From Gemmatimonadales bacterium (GTDB lineage: Bacteria > Gemmatimonadota > Gemmatimonadetes > Longimicrobiales > Gaopeijiaceae), in NCBI GenBank assembly GCA_007692505.1, contig REBX01000131.1, positions 1 to 54,803 on the forward strand: 54,803 nt of DNA. The letters are read 5' to 3'. Below, one piece after another: positions 40,822-50,901 of this stretch. Below the pieces are notes generated by a model. That model made no database searches, was not told where the DNA came from, and was given only the letters and a program-made list of their open reading frames with translations. Made by a program: the position numbers and the translations under genes. The number at the start of each line of letters is the position of its first letter. The first letter of the stretch is position 1.

Positions 40822-43161
40822 GTGTCCACTACGCCGCCACCGCCGCCACCAGCCCCGTCCCCTCCAGGAACGCCCGTGCGCACCCTGGGCTTCGTGCAGG
40901 CCACCGGGATCGGGGTGGCCGCCATCGTGGGGGGCGGGATCTTCGTCCTGGGAGGCGTGGCCGTGGCGGAGGCGGGTACCGGGGCCATCCTGGCCTTCGC
41001 CCTGAACGGCGTCATCGCCCTCCTCACGGCGGCGGCCTTCGCCGAGCTGGCCACGACCTTCCCGGAGAACGGGGGCCAGTACGTGTACGCCCGACGCACC
41101 TGGTCCGTCCGGGCCGCCTTCGGGGTGGGGTGGCTCATGACCTTTGCCCACGTGGTGGCGGCGGTCCTCTACGCCCTGGGGTTTGCCGAGTACGCGGTGG
41201 CGGCGGTGGAGGCCCTCCTCCCCGCAGTCACGGACGCGCTTGCCGGGCGCCCCCTGCGGGTCCTCACCCTGGTCCTGGCCCTGGGGGCCAGCACGATCTA
41301 CGGGTGGCGGCTCACAAAGGTGTCCGCCGGGGGCGGGCAGCTGGAGAACGTGGGGAAGCTCGCGGTGTTCGGGGTGCTCATTGCCGCCGGGCTCGCCGTC
41401 ATCGTTCAGCGGGGTCCCGCCGAGGCCCTGGCGCCCCTGTCCCCCTTCCTGGACCAGGGGTGGATGGGGATCGTGGCCGCCATGGGCTTCACCTTCATCA
41501 CCTTCCAGGGCTTCGAGCTCATCGCCGGAGTGGCCGGCGAGGTGAAGGCCCCCCGGCGCACGATCCCCCGGGCCATGTTCGCCAGCCTGGGGGTGACGCT
41601 GGCCGTGTACCTCCCCCTCCTCCTGGTGGTCACCACGGTGGGGCTGGCCCCGGCCTTCGACGCGCCGACGGCCATGGCGGCGGCGATCCCCGAGACCTTC
41701 TTCGCCGTGGCGGCCTCCAGCTACCTGGGGGCCTTCGGATTCTGGCTCGTCATCGTGGCCGCCATCCTCTCCACCCTGACCGCTCTCAGGGCCAACCTCA
41801 TGGCGGCCTCCCGGGTGACGCTGGCCATGGCCCGGCACCGGACCCTCCCCCGGGGGCTGGAGCGGCTGGACCCGGAGTCCCGCCAGCCCGTGACCGCCAC
41901 CTGGTTCGTGGTGGCCACCGGGGGGCTCCTCATCCTCATCGTACCGGACCTGGCCGCCGCCGGTGCGGCCGCCTCCCTCATCTTCCTCCTCACCTTCGGG
42001 ATCACCCACCTGAGTTCGTGGCAGGTGCGCCGGCGCATCGGCGGAGTGGTGGACGGGGCCTGGCGGGCGCCCCTCTTCCCCGCCGTCCCCGCCCTGGGGC
42101 TCCTCTTCTGCGGGGGCCTGGTGGCGTTCCAGCTCTTGAACGTCCCCCTGGCCGGAGTCCTCCTCCTGGTCTGGCTGGGGGTGGGTGCACTCCTCTACAG
42201 CAGCTTCCTGTCCAGGCGGGCCGAGGCGCTGGATGCCGCGGTGGCGGGAGAGGACCCCCTCCTGGGGCGCCTCCGGGGACGCCAGACCTCCGTCCTGGTC
42301 CCGGTGGCCCACCCCGCCCGGGCCGGGGGGCTGGCCTCGGTGGCCGCCGCACTGGCCCCGCCCCTTTCGGGCCGGGTCCTCCTCCACCAGGTGGTGGTGG
42401 CCGATGCCCGGGCCGACGCCGAGACCGTCCGGCACCGCATGTCGGAGGGAAGCCAGGCCCTCTCCAATGCCCTGGTCCGGATCCGGGAGGACGGGGTGGA
42501 AAGCGAGCTCCTCCTCACCGTGGCCGATGCCCCCTGGGACGAGATCGTGCGAGTGGCCCGGGAGCAGGAGGTGGACAGCGTCCTCCTGGGGCTGGGCCCG
42601 GCCACCGGGGCCGCCGCCGACGAGGACGGGTCGGACCAGGCCGCCGGGGCAGGCCGCCCGGACCACCCCCTGGACCAGCTCCTGGCCCGCCTCCCCTGCG
42701 ACGTGGCCCTCCTCCACGCCGAGCACGCCTTCGACCTGGACCGGGTCCGCCGGGTCCTCATCCCCCTGAGCGGATACAACGACCATGCCCGCCTCCGAGC
42801 CCGGGTCATCGGGAGCCTGGCCCGAAAGGGGCTCGATGCCCTCACCTTCCTCCACGTCCTCTCGCCGGAGGCCGACGCCCGGGCCGAAGCGCGGGCCCGG
42901 CGCGCCCTCCGGACCTTCGTGGCCGACGAGGCCCGGGGCGCCGGGACCGCCGAGGTCTGCCGGGCCTCCGACCCCATCGCCGAGGTCGTCCGGCGGGCTG
43001 GCGAACACGACCTCCTGGTGCTGGGCATCACCCGCCCCAGGGGCGGCCGGAGCCGGATCGGGGCCCTCCTGGCACGGATGGTCCGGGAATCCCCGGGCCC
43101 CATCCTCATTATCTCCCACCCGCCGGGCTCGGGGGGCCGGGGGCGGGCGCGGCCCTTCTGA
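40822..43161 (+). CDS. APC-family amino acid/polyamine permease fused to C-terminal universal stress protein (Usp) domains
   Basis: The N-terminal TLGFVQATGIGVAAIVGGGIFVLGG...ELATTFPENGGQYVY is the APC signature, followed by about 12 TM segments. The C-terminal ~300 aa contain two Usp-like halves (SVLVPVAHP..., RVLIPLSGYND...DLLVLGITRPRG). Confidence 0.8.
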   Translation: MSTTPPPPPPAPSPPGTPVRTLGFVQATGIGVAAIVGGGIFVLGGVAVAEAGTGAILAFALNGVIALLTAAAFAELATTFPENGGQYVYARRTWSVRAAFGVGWLMTFAHVVAAVLYALGFAEYAVAAVEALLPAVTDALAGRPLRVLTLVLALGASTIYGWRLTKVSAGGGQLENVGKLAVFGVLIAAGLAVIVQRGPAEALAPLSPFLDQGWMGIVAAMGFTFITFQGFELIAGVAGEVKAPRRTIPRAMFASLGVTLAVYLPLLLVVTTVGLAPAFDAPTAMAAAIPETFFAVAASSYLGAFGFWLVIVAAILSTLTALRANLMAASRVTLAMARHRTLPRGLERLDPESRQPVTATWFVVATGGLLILIVPDLAAAGAAASLIFLLTFGITHLSSWQVRRRIGGVVDGAWRAPLFPAVPALGLLFCGGLVAFQLLNVPLAGVLLLVWLGVGALLYSSFLSRRAEALDAAVAGEDPLLGRLRGRQTSVLVPVAHPARAGGLASVAAALAPPLSGRVLLHQVVVADARADAETVRHRMSEGSQALSNALVRIREDGVESELLLTVADAPWDEIVRVAREQEVDSVLLGLGPATGAAADEDGSDQAAGAGRPDHPLDQLLARLPCDVALLHAEHAFDLDRVRRVLIPLSGYNDHARLRARVIGSLARKGLDALTFLHVLSPEADARAEARARRALRTFVADEARGAGTAEVCRASDPIAEVVRRAGEHDLLVLGITRPRGGRSRIGALLARMVRESPGPILIISHPPGSGGRGRARPF

Positions 43162-43214
43162 GGGCGACCTTCTGACGCAGGCCGGCCGACGTCCCGGGGC
43201 CGCGACGCCACCCA

Positions 43215-43244
43215 CTTTACAACTCCATTCGGAGATTTAATTTC
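43215..43244 (+). promoter_or_regulatory. candidate promoter in an AT-rich patch upstream of the 43326 gene
   Basis: TTTACA, 16-nt spacer, TAATTT, lying within ccactttacaactccattcggagatttaatttctgg. This is the only AT-rich stretch in the intergenic region. Confidence 0.3.
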
Positions 43245-43325
43245 TGGATCAGTTGGTGATTTCCGTGTCCCCTGACCGGGTTGCGGGGGACCGTTGACCG
43301 TCCCCACCACCTCCGGAGGGTTTCC

Positions 43326-44783
43326 ATGATTCGGTCTTCACTGCTTTGCCAGCTCCTTCCCTCCCTGGCCGTTCCTGCCACCCTCCTCCTGGCCGCAGCG
43401 CTGCTGGCCCCCCACGAGGCCGGGGCCCAGACGATCCGGGGCACCGTGGTATCCGCCGAAGACGGTCGACCCGTCTCCCAGGCCCGGATCCAGGTGGTCC
43501 CGGCAGACGAGGCCGGAGCGGCGACACCCGTGGCTTCCACCACCACGGGTCGAGACGGCTCCTTTTCGGTCTGGGCCCGGGAGCCCGGCGTGTACCGGCT
43601 CCAGGTGGAGTCGCTGGGCTTCGACGCCCTCCTCTCCCGGGAGTTCGTCCTCCAGGCCAACGAGGTCCGCTCCGTGGAGCTCCGCCTGGAGGTGGACGCC
43701 GTGGAGCTCTCCGCCGTGGAGGTCACCGGCCGCCGCTGGGAGCCCGACTTCATGGGAGACGTCCGACGTCGCCAGGCGCTGGGGATGGGCACGGTCTACA
43801 CCCGGGAGGACCTGGAGGCCCGCTCCGGAGCCCGGATCCAGGACATCCTGCAGGGCACCCCGGGTCTACGGGTGGTGAACGAGCCCTACGGGGGCCGGGT
43901 GGGCGTCGAGTCGAACCGGGGGCTGGCAGGCGCCTTGGGCCAGCCGTGCTTCTCCTCCATCTACGTGGACGGCTGGCGGGTCTTCGACGTGGGGATCCAC
44001 GCCGACGACGAAGGGGTTCCCCGGGCCGACCTCGTGGACCACGTGCGGGAGGTCCTGGAAGGTGGGGCGGACCAGGTGGAGGCCATCGAGGTCTACCGCG
44101 GGGTGGCCGCCCTTCCAGCCGAGTTCGGGGGGAGCTCCTCGCAGTGCGGGGTGGTGGCCGTCTGGACCCGCCGGGGCCAGGGCCCGGACACCTTCGGAAG
44201 CGGGGTCACCGGGCTTCAGTACGCCGTCCGCCTGGCTCTGGGTGCAAGCAGCCACGGGCTGTCCGGCGACGCCGCCCCCCGGCACGCCACCGGTCTGGAT
44301 GCCGCCGCCCACTGGTCCATCCGACCCCGGATCTCCCTGGGTGCACACCTCCGTCACGGGCAGCACGCCATGTCCGCCGAAACCCTCTCGGAGGTGGTGG
44401 AGGGGATGCCCGCCCTGGGCCCCGTCCGCTCCGGTCCCCTCCGCATGACGACGCTGGCCGTGGAGCCCCGCGTTACTCCCTTCCCCGAATGGCGCATCCA
44501 GCCCGTCCTCCAGGGGCGACTCCTGCTGGCTCGCCGGAGCTTCGAAATGCGGCAGGTGGGGGGAGAGGGCTCCGCGGACCCCTCATCCCTCGGGGTGGGC
44601 CTGGGCGCAGGCGTCGCGGCCGCCGTTTCGCTGCCTGGGAGGCTGGGCCTGGAAGCGGGGCTGGTCCGGGACCGGATCTCCTTCGAGGCCTACCCGGATC
44701 TGACCGAGGCCTCGCAGTCCCGGTGGAGTTCGACCGGGGCGCAGATTCGCCTGACCTGGGACGTGGCCCCGGTCCGTCCCTGA
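43326..44783 (+). CDS. outer-membrane protein with CarboxypepD_reg-like and TonB-receptor plug-like domains (too short for a full 22-strand receptor)
   Basis: GGAGGG Shine-Dalgarno lies upstream. Signal peptide is MIRSSLLCQLLPSLAVPATLLLAAALLAPHEAGAQ. CarboxypepD_reg block: IRGTVVSAEDGRPVSQARIQV...DGSFSVWAREPGVYRLQV. Plug-like block: RIQDILQGTPGLRV. Confidence 0.65.
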   Translation: MIRSSLLCQLLPSLAVPATLLLAAALLAPHEAGAQTIRGTVVSAEDGRPVSQARIQVVPADEAGAATPVASTTTGRDGSFSVWAREPGVYRLQVESLGFDALLSREFVLQANEVRSVELRLEVDAVELSAVEVTGRRWEPDFMGDVRRRQALGMGTVYTREDLEARSGARIQDILQGTPGLRVVNEPYGGRVGVESNRGLAGALGQPCFSSIYVDGWRVFDVGIHADDEGVPRADLVDHVREVLEGGADQVEAIEVYRGVAALPAEFGGSSSQCGVVAVWTRRGQGPDTFGSGVTGLQYAVRLALGASSHGLSGDAAPRHATGLDAAAHWSIRPRISLGAHLRHGQHAMSAETLSEVVEGMPALGPVRSGPLRMTTLAVEPRVTPFPEWRIQPVLQGRLLLARRSFEMRQVGGEGSADPSSLGVGLGAGVAAAVSLPGRLGLEAGLVRDRISFEAYPDLTEASQSRWSSTGAQIRLTWDVAPVRP

Positions 44784-44841
44784 CCGGGGGGGCCGGGCCC
44801 CCGGCGGGGGCAGGTCGTCCCCGACCGGAGGCCCCGGGCCG

Positions 44842-45903
44842 TCACCTGCCGCCGAACTCCCGGGCCCACGCCCCGGCAATGTCCGACATGAGGTGGGGCC
44901 CGGTGAAGATCATCCCCGAGATGAGCTGGACCAGGTCGGCGCCGGCCCGGAACTTGTCCATGGCGTCATCGGCCGAGAGGATGCCGCCGCAGGCCATGAG
45001 GGTGAACCGGTCGCCCCAGGCCTCCCGGGTCCTGGCCACCAGCTCGGTGGACCGCTCCCGGCAGGGGGCGCCGGAGAGTCCGCCCCGGTACTCCCCCGGG
45101 GCCTCGCCAGGGTGGTCCAGGGTGGCGTAGTCCTTGTTCAGGTTCCCGATGACGAGCCCCTGGAGGCCGTGTGCCTCCACCACGTCCACGATGCGCCTGA
45201 ACTCGTCCCAGTCCGGGTTGATGGGCATCTTGGCGTACACGGGTCGATCGTGTTCCACCCGGGAGAGGCGCTCCAGGAGGGGGGCCAGGTGGGCCGGGTC
45301 GGCGAAGCTCTCTCCCCCGTGGACGTTGGGACACGAGATGTTCACCGTGTAGTAGTCACCCACCCCGGCACGCACCAGCTGCTCCAGCGAGCGGGCGTAG
45401 TCCTCGATGCCCGCCTCCTCCCCCACGGCTTCGGCCCGGTTGCTCCGGGCAATGCTCACCCCCACCACGAAGTCGTCCGGTGTGGCCTCCGAGGCCAGGC
45501 GCTCCGTCACCACGTCGACGCCCTCGTTCTTCAGCCCCTTGTTCACCACGATGGAGCGGGAGCGGACCAGGCGCCGCATCCGGGGCGGGTCGTTCCCCGG
45601 GGTGGGGAGCGCGGTCACGGACCCCACCTCCACCCCCCCGAACCCGATGTTCGGCAGGACCTGCAGGAGCCGGCCATTGTAGTCGAAGCCGGCGGCCAGG
45701 ACGATGGGGGTCCGATACCGGAGGCCATCCACCGTCACGGACGCATCGGGGCCCCGGTACCCGTACATCCCGGAGAGGAGGGCCCGCCCGGCACGCCATC
45801 TCCCGACTCCCTCCCCCATGGAGACGAAGCCGTCGTGGACCCGCTCCGGGTCGAAGCGGAAGAGGACGGGCTTCAGGACCTTCTGGTACAGGAGGGGGAG
45901 CAT
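44842..45903 (-). CDS. pyrD: dihydroorotate dehydrogenase (quinone), class 2
   Basis: Supporting blocks are LAAGFDYNG, GFGGVEVGSVT, NISCPN and LSGAP, followed by the C-terminal GGILSADDAMDKFRAGADLVQLISGMIFTGP. Confidence 0.9.
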   Translation of the reverse strand: MLPLLYQKVLKPVLFRFDPERVHDGFVSMGEGVGRWRAGRALLSGMYGYRGPDASVTVDGLRYRTPIVLAAGFDYNGRLLQVLPNIGFGGVEVGSVTALPTPGNDPPRMRRLVRSRSIVVNKGLKNEGVDVVTERLASEATPDDFVVGVSIARSNRAEAVGEEAGIEDYARSLEQLVRAGVGDYYTVNISCPNVHGGESFADPAHLAPLLERLSRVEHDRPVYAKMPINPDWDEFRRIVDVVEAHGLQGLVIGNLNKDYATLDHPGEAPGEYRGGLSGAPCRERSTELVARTREAWGDRFTLMACGGILSADDAMDKFRAGADLVQLISGMIFTGPHLMSDIAGAWAREFGGR

Positions 45904-46026
45904 GGCGGGCGGGGGTGTGGGAATGGAGCCTGTCCGGGCCCCGGAGGCCGCAGGAGTACTCCCTGAAAGGTGCCGGGGTTCGTGAGGTTTGGCCAGTCGA
46001 GCCCGTGGTCCCCGTAAAGGTCGGCC

Positions 46027-46605
46027 TCAGGCCACGTTCCCGTTCCTGCCGCCGCCCCCGTTGCTCTCGCCCAGGTGCTCCCGGTGGCAGTCCGGGCACA
46101 TGCCATGCGACACCCGGGTGCCGGACTCCCTCTCCAGGTGCTCCTCGAGGGTCAGCCAGTCGCCGTCCTCCACATGGATCCGCTTGCACCACGCGCAGAT
46201 GGGAAGGAGGCGCCGGAGGCGCTCCACCTCGGCCTCGGCGGCCTTGAGTTCGGTGACGTCCGTTGCCGTGAAGAGGACAGCCACGAGGTGCCCCTCCTTC
46301 TCGATGGGGATCATCCGGCTCCGGAGCCAGCGGACGTCGTTCCCGGGGAAGACGGCCTGCACATCGTACTCCTGGACTTCACCGGTCTGCTTCAGGGAGT
46401 CCAGCGCCGCCAGGAAGGTGTCCTTCGAGTCCGGTGGAAGGTGCGACGCGACTCTCGTCCCGAGGACGGACTCGGGGTCGTCCCCCTCCATGACACGGTT
46501 TACGTACAGGATCGTCCCTTCCATGTCGGCCACTACCACGTACTCCGGCAACGCCGAGAGGACCTTTGCAAGGGAATCCGCATCTCCGACCAGCCGTCGG
46601 ACCAT
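46027..46605 (-). CDS. PAS-domain protein with a C-terminal Cys-rich motif (PICAWCKRI...SHGMCPDC)
   Basis: ATG at 46605 follows a GGGGGAGGTGG Shine-Dalgarno. PAS core: VVVADMEGTILYVNRV...VAVLFTATDVTELK. The C-terminal CxxC...CxxC module follows. Confidence 0.7.
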   Translation of the reverse strand: MVRRLVGDADSLAKVLSALPEYVVVADMEGTILYVNRVMEGDDPESVLGTRVASHLPPDSKDTFLAALDSLKQTGEVQEYDVQAVFPGNDVRWLRSRMIPIEKEGHLVAVLFTATDVTELKAAEAEVERLRRLLPICAWCKRIHVEDGDWLTLEEHLERESGTRVSHGMCPDCHREHLGESNGGGGRNGNVA

Positions 46606-46730
46606 TTCCACCTCCCCCTCGGGGATCCACGAACGAACCCGATAGCGCTCATTGCAACTGCATGATCGCATACACTACGCTCAAAGGGGCACGCGCTCCG
46701 GTCAACCGCTCGGGTTGCCGGAGCGCACCG

Positions 46731-47393
46731 TCACGGTGGCGTCCCGACAGCTTCGCCCCCCACCGTGGCCCGCACGAGCCGCACCCGGGACGGGGGCGCG
46801 TCCGACTCGTTCGCCACGAGTCCGATGCCGCGGGCAAAGAAGTGGGTTTGCGTCCCGGCTCCTTCCCGAGCGAGCTCCACCTTCACCACATCCCGGAAGC
46901 TGGTCCCGAAGACGTCCAGCTCGTCGTGGCGCGCAACCAGGGTGGTGGTGGCCACCCCGCCAGCCATCTCCACCGTGCGGGATTCTCCCTCTTCGAGGCC
47001 GAAGTCGGCCAGGAGGGAGAGGGACTCCGCATTCGGGCCCAGGTAGAGTCGGGGCCCGTCGTGCCGCACGATGAGGGTCTGCTCCCGCCCGACTGCATCC
47101 GTGCTCCGGATCCGGAAGACCACGGCCCCGTCCTGCACGGTGGAGTCGGCCACCTCGTTGGTGAACTCACCGCGGACCGAGGACTCGAAGGTCCAGGTGT
47201 CGCCGGGCTCGGTCGGGTAGTAGTCCCGGGCGTCCATCGGAGGCTGGGGGGCAACGGCTGCAACAAGTACGATGCAGGCCAGGGTGGCGGCCACCACGGC
47301 TCCGGACAGCCCCCGGGCCGCCCGCAGATGGGTGCGCCCTGCCGTGCCGGCCCGGAGCTCCGTGTCGGCCCGGGACTCCTTGCTCGCATCCAT
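46731..47393 (-). CDS. hypothetical membrane-anchored protein (N-terminal TM, ~170-aa extracytoplasmic domain)
   Basis: ATG at 47393 lies 5 nt after GGAGGAG. The sequence MDASKESRADTELRAG is followed by the TM helix GLSGAVVAATLACIVLVAAVA. The N-terminus and leader are paralogous to the next gene. Confidence 0.55.
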   Translation of the reverse strand: MDASKESRADTELRAGTAGRTHLRAARGLSGAVVAATLACIVLVAAVAPQPPMDARDYYPTEPGDTWTFESSVRGEFTNEVADSTVQDGAVVFRIRSTDAVGREQTLIVRHDGPRLYLGPNAESLSLLADFGLEEGESRTVEMAGGVATTTLVARHDELDVFGTSFRDVVKVELAREGAGTQTHFFARGIGLVANESDAPPSRVRLVRATVGGEAVGTPP

Positions 47394-47519
47394 GGTACTC
47401 CTCCATCTGGGGAAAGCGACAAACGCCGGACACGGCAAGATCCGAACGTCCGCGGGGCGCGCGAATTGCGCGGGTCCGGGGGGTGCGAGACCGCTGAGTG
47501 CGCGGCCGCTGCACCACCC

Positions 47520-47759
47520 TCAGCGGAAGTACGCATCCAGGATAACTTCAAGGACGACGAGGACCATGAAGAGCAGGAAGGAGGCGAGGAAAAGGACCAG
47601 GAAGATGGAAAGGCATCCCGCCCGCCCCCGGTCCATCATCTGTCCCTCGTGGGGATCCTCGGGAGGCGCCCCCTCCCCTTCCGGCGCCCCTCCCGTGTCC
47701 TGCTCAGTAGGGACCGCCTCGGCGTCAGCATCAGATTCCCTGTCGGCCCTGGACTCCAT
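47520..47759 (-). CDS. small hypothetical membrane protein (acidic N-terminus, C-terminal TM)
   Basis: MESRADRESDADAE... is followed by the TM helix CLSIFLVLFLASFLLFMVLVVL. An alternative GTG start lies at 47765. Confidence 0.45.
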   Translation of the reverse strand: MESRADRESDADAEAVPTEQDTGGAPEGEGAPPEDPHEGQMMDRGRAGCLSIFLVLFLASFLLFMVLVVLEVILDAYFR

Positions 47760-47908
47760 GTTCACATCGATCGTGCTTCTCCGTGTCGGGAAACGGCAAA
47801 CGCAGGAGCCCAAGGTACGGGCGTTCGCAGGGGCATGCGAACGAGGGGGCATGCCGACGATCCGGCGGATTCGCCCGAAGCGGAAGCCGAATCCCCGAGG
47901 AATCCCAG

Positions 47909-48871
47909 CTACGACTCGACCCCGGCGTCCGTCTGTACCCGAGCCCCCGCCTCCGCCTCCATACGCGCCCCCGCCTCGGCGTCCGGGCTCGGCTCGACCT
48001 CCGCCTCCACCTCACCCAGGACGCGGGCGGCGGCCCCCACGTCCAGGTTGCTCACATACACCTTGTCGATGCCGCGCCGGGCCAGCGCCTCCAGCGTCCG
48101 GGCACACACCTGGGCCGGGGTCGCACCCGCCGCAAACTCCCGGGTCAGGCCCTCCACGGGCACGGGCAGGAAGCGGGCCAGGCGCTCGAGCGTCGAGGGG
48201 CGGGCACTTCGGTAATGGAAGATGCCGAACAGCCCCGGCGTCTGGAGGCCCTGGCGATCAGCCTCGGCCAGGAAGCGATCCACCGGTGCCATGTCGTGAT
48301 GCGAGACCACCTGGGTGAGCCAGTAGTCGGCGTTGTGCCTCTCGCTCAGGAGGAGCTCCACCTGTCGGGCGGCATCGCGGTAGGGGTTTACCCACGCCCC
48401 CAGGGGCAATCCGGGTCGGCTGTGCTCCACCAGCCTGGAGCGGAGGTCGCGGGAGCGGGGCAGGCAGCGAGGCGGTCCCACCGTCCGGTCGCCACCCGTT
48501 ACGGTCACGCCCCCCAGCCCGTGGGCCCGCGCCCGGCGCACGAAGAGCTCGCAGTACTCGAGGGAGTGCTTGCAGGTCAGAAACGGCACCACCTGCGACA
48601 GGTCGATGTCGGCGCCCAGCCCGTGGGTGATGACCCGGAGGCTCTCTTCCTCCGGGTCGCCCACCGCGTCGTCCGTGAAGAGAACGAATCGACCCTCCGA
48701 AAGCAGCCGCCGGAGGCCCCGCTCGAGATCGATCCAGGCCTCCACCGATGCAGCCGGACCCAGGTCGGCACCGGGGGGACGCAGCTCCACGGCTCGAAGC
48801 GGACCCGGCCGCTCCAGCGCGTCCAGAAAGGGGGAGCGGGCCGGAGCAGAGGTGGCGTCGGGGCCACTCAC
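47909..48871 (-). CDS. methylenetetrahydrofolate reductase-like protein (divergent, stand-alone)
   Basis: Order-conserved MTHFR blocks are present: VELRPP, PFLTCKH (cf. PHLTC), VTVTGGD, LTQVV, PGLFGI and VYVSNL. The ATG overlaps the upstream stop (ATGA). Confidence 0.65.
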   Translation of the reverse strand: MSGPDATSAPARSPFLDALERPGPLRAVELRPPGADLGPAASVEAWIDLERGLRRLLSEGRFVLFTDDAVGDPEEESLRVITHGLGADIDLSQVVPFLTCKHSLEYCELFVRRARAHGLGGVTVTGGDRTVGPPRCLPRSRDLRSRLVEHSRPGLPLGAWVNPYRDAARQVELLLSERHNADYWLTQVVSHHDMAPVDRFLAEADRQGLQTPGLFGIFHYRSARPSTLERLARFLPVPVEGLTREFAAGATPAQVCARTLEALARRGIDKVYVSNLDVGAAARVLGEVEAEVEPSPDAEAGARMEAEAGARVQTDAGVES

Positions 48872-50901
48872 GACGCAGCCTCGGATGCGGCCTCAGACGC
48901 AGAAGCAGCTCCCGGTGCCTGGCGGAGGCGACGCACCACCTCCAGCGCCATCTCGACCTCCCCTGCAGAACACGACACATGGATGCCGGCAATCCGGCCG
49001 CGAAGCGCACGGGCCGCCTCCACGGCAATGGAGATCCCCTCTTCGCGAGCTCGCTCGGGCCCTTCCGCCTCGGCCCGGCCCATGCGCTCCATGACGGAGT
49101 CGGGTACGTGCACGCCGGGCAGCTCGTGGTGCAGGAATTCGGCCGTGCGCACCGAGGCCACGGGCCACAGGCCGGCCATCACCGGGATGGGCCGGATCGG
49201 AGGGGCGCCCTCCGCCGGGCCGTCTGCAGCAAAGGCACGGTCCAGGATGCGGTGGACGGCCTCCGCCTCGAACACCGGCTGCGTGACGGCAAACTCGGCA
49301 CCGGCCGCCACCTTCCAGCGAAAGCGGCGGAGCTCTCGCTCCAGGTCGGGGGCATGCTGGCCCAGCGCGACCCCGATGACGAAGGGGGTGGGCGGCTCCA
49401 CCGGATGGCCACCGGGGTCGACCCCGTGATTCAGGTGGTGCAGGACATTCACCAGGCCAATGGAGTCGATGTCCAGGAGGGCCGTGTGGTCCGGATAGGG
49501 ACCGGCAGGGCTCCGGTCGCCCGTCACCACCAGCACGTTTCGGATGCCCGTGGAGGCGGCGGCCAGGAGGTCGGAGATCATCCCCACCATGTTCCGGTCC
49601 CTGCAGGCGTAGTGCGCCACCACGTCGAGCCCGGTCTCGCGCTCCACCAGCGTCGCGGCCGGAAGGGAGGCCATGCGGGCCCTCCCCCGGGGGGCATCGG
49701 GGATGGCCACCACGTCCACCCCGGCCAGCCGGGCGCGGCGGGCGGCCGCCAGGAGGGGCGCCGGGTCCCAACCCGACGGGGGGACGAGTTCGATGGAGCT
49801 CAGGAAGGTCCCCTCCGACAGGCGGCGGCCCAGGGGGGACCGATCCGCCAGTGGGGATGGCTCGACCCGGCGGCTCAGGGGGCTCGACGGAACCACCGGG
49901 CCGGGAGCCCCGGACACATCGTGCGCCTCGTTCGACCGGGACGCATTCGCCCCCCGGTCCACCTCAAGGGAGGCCACGGCCCCGGCCATCTGCCGGATGT
50001 GCTCGGGCGTCGTGCCGCAGCATCCGCCCAGGAGGCGGGCGCCGGCCTGGGCCATCCGGCGGGCGTACCGGGCCATGTACTCGGGGCTCGCCATGTAGAT
50101 CTTGCGGTCACCCACCGAGCGGGGGAGCCCGGCGTTGGGGAGCGCCGACACCGGAAGCGAGGTGGCCCCCACCATGATCTCGACGGCATCGAGGACCTCG
50201 GCCGGCCCCACCGAACAGTTCAGCCCCACCGCATCGGCCCCGAGGGCCTCCAGGCGCCGGGCCGCCTCGGCCACCCCGGTTCCGTAGCTCGTGCGGCCAT
50301 CCGACTCGATGGTCACCTGCGCCACCACGGGGAGCGTCGAGAGCTCCCTCACGGCACGGAGCGCCTGCTCCAGCTCCCGGAGGTCGCTGAAGGTCTCCAG
50401 CACGAAGCCGTCCACACCTCCCTCCAGGAGTCCCTCGACCTGCCGGGCAAAGAAGCTTCGGGCCTCGGCCTCGGCGGTGGGTCCCCAGGGCTCGATCCGG
50501 ATGCCCAGCGGCCCCATGGCCCCCACCACGTGGAGGGACTCGGGCGGCGTGCCTGCCGGCAGTCGGGCCCGGGCAATGCCTCCCCGCACCCGGTCCACGG
50601 CGGCGCGGTTGATCTCGGCCGTCCGCGCCTCCAGCCCGTGGCTCGAGAGCTTGACCGGGTTCGCGCCGAAGGTGTTGGTCTCGAGGATGCGGGCACCGGC
50701 CTCGGCGTACTGGCGGTGCACGTCCTCCACCAGTTCGGGACGGGTCAGGTTGAGTTCGTCGTAGCAGACGTTCACGAAGACGCCCCGGTCGTAGAGGACC
50801 GTGCCCATGGCGCCATCCATGAGGTGGATGCCTCCCCCCGTCAGGCGCTGGCGGAGTCCGTCCGGTCCCTGGCCCGGGGCGGTGCCTGCAGGCGGCGTCA
50901 T
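48868..50901 (-). CDS. bifunctional homocysteine S-methyltransferase / methylenetetrahydrofolate reductase (YitJ-like)
   Basis: ATG at 50901 overlaps the metH stop (ATGA). The N-terminal domain carries [19 protein letters not shown] and [11 protein letters not shown] (the Hcy-binding zinc Cys set). The C-terminal domain carries [13 protein letters not shown] and FAVTQPVF (MTHFR). Confidence 0.85.
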   Translation of the reverse strand: MTPPAGTAPGQGPDGLRQRLTGGGIHLMDGAMGTVLYDRGVFVNVCYDELNLTRPELVEDVHRQYAEAGARILETNTFGANPVKLSSHGLEARTAEINRAAVDRVRGGIARARLPAGTPPESLHVVGAMGPLGIRIEPWGPTAEAEARSFFARQVEGLLEGGVDGFVLETFSDLRELEQALRAVRELSTLPVVAQVTIESDGRTSYGTGVAEAARRLEALGADAVGLNCSVGPAEVLDAVEIMVGATSLPVSALPNAGLPRSVGDRKIYMASPEYMARYARRMAQAGARLLGGCCGTTPEHIRQMAGAVASLEVDRGANASRSNEAHDVSGAPGPVVPSSPLSRRVEPSPLADRSPLGRRLSEGTFLSSIELVPPSGWDPAPLLAAARRARLAGVDVVAIPDAPRGRARMASLPAATLVERETGLDVVAHYACRDRNMVGMISDLLAAASTGIRNVLVVTGDRSPAGPYPDHTALLDIDSIGLVNVLHHLNHGVDPGGHPVEPPTPFVIGVALGQHAPDLERELRRFRWKVAAGAEFAVTQPVFEAEAVHRILDRAFAADGPAEGAPPIRPIPVMAGLWPVASVRTAEFLHHELPGVHVPDSVMERMGRAEAEGPERAREEGISIAVEAARALRGRIAGIHVSCSAGEVEMALEVVRRLRQAPGAASASEAASEAAS

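Noticed and set aside
47394-47830. A sigma-54 (-24 GG / -12 GC) or ECF (GAAC-N16-17-CGT) promoter in the conserved leaders of the two small membrane genes.
   Set aside because: The GG-to-GC spacing is off by one in one copy and the motif is absent in the other. The GAAC-to-CGTT spacing is 20 nt in one copy, and the other copy has no GAAC.
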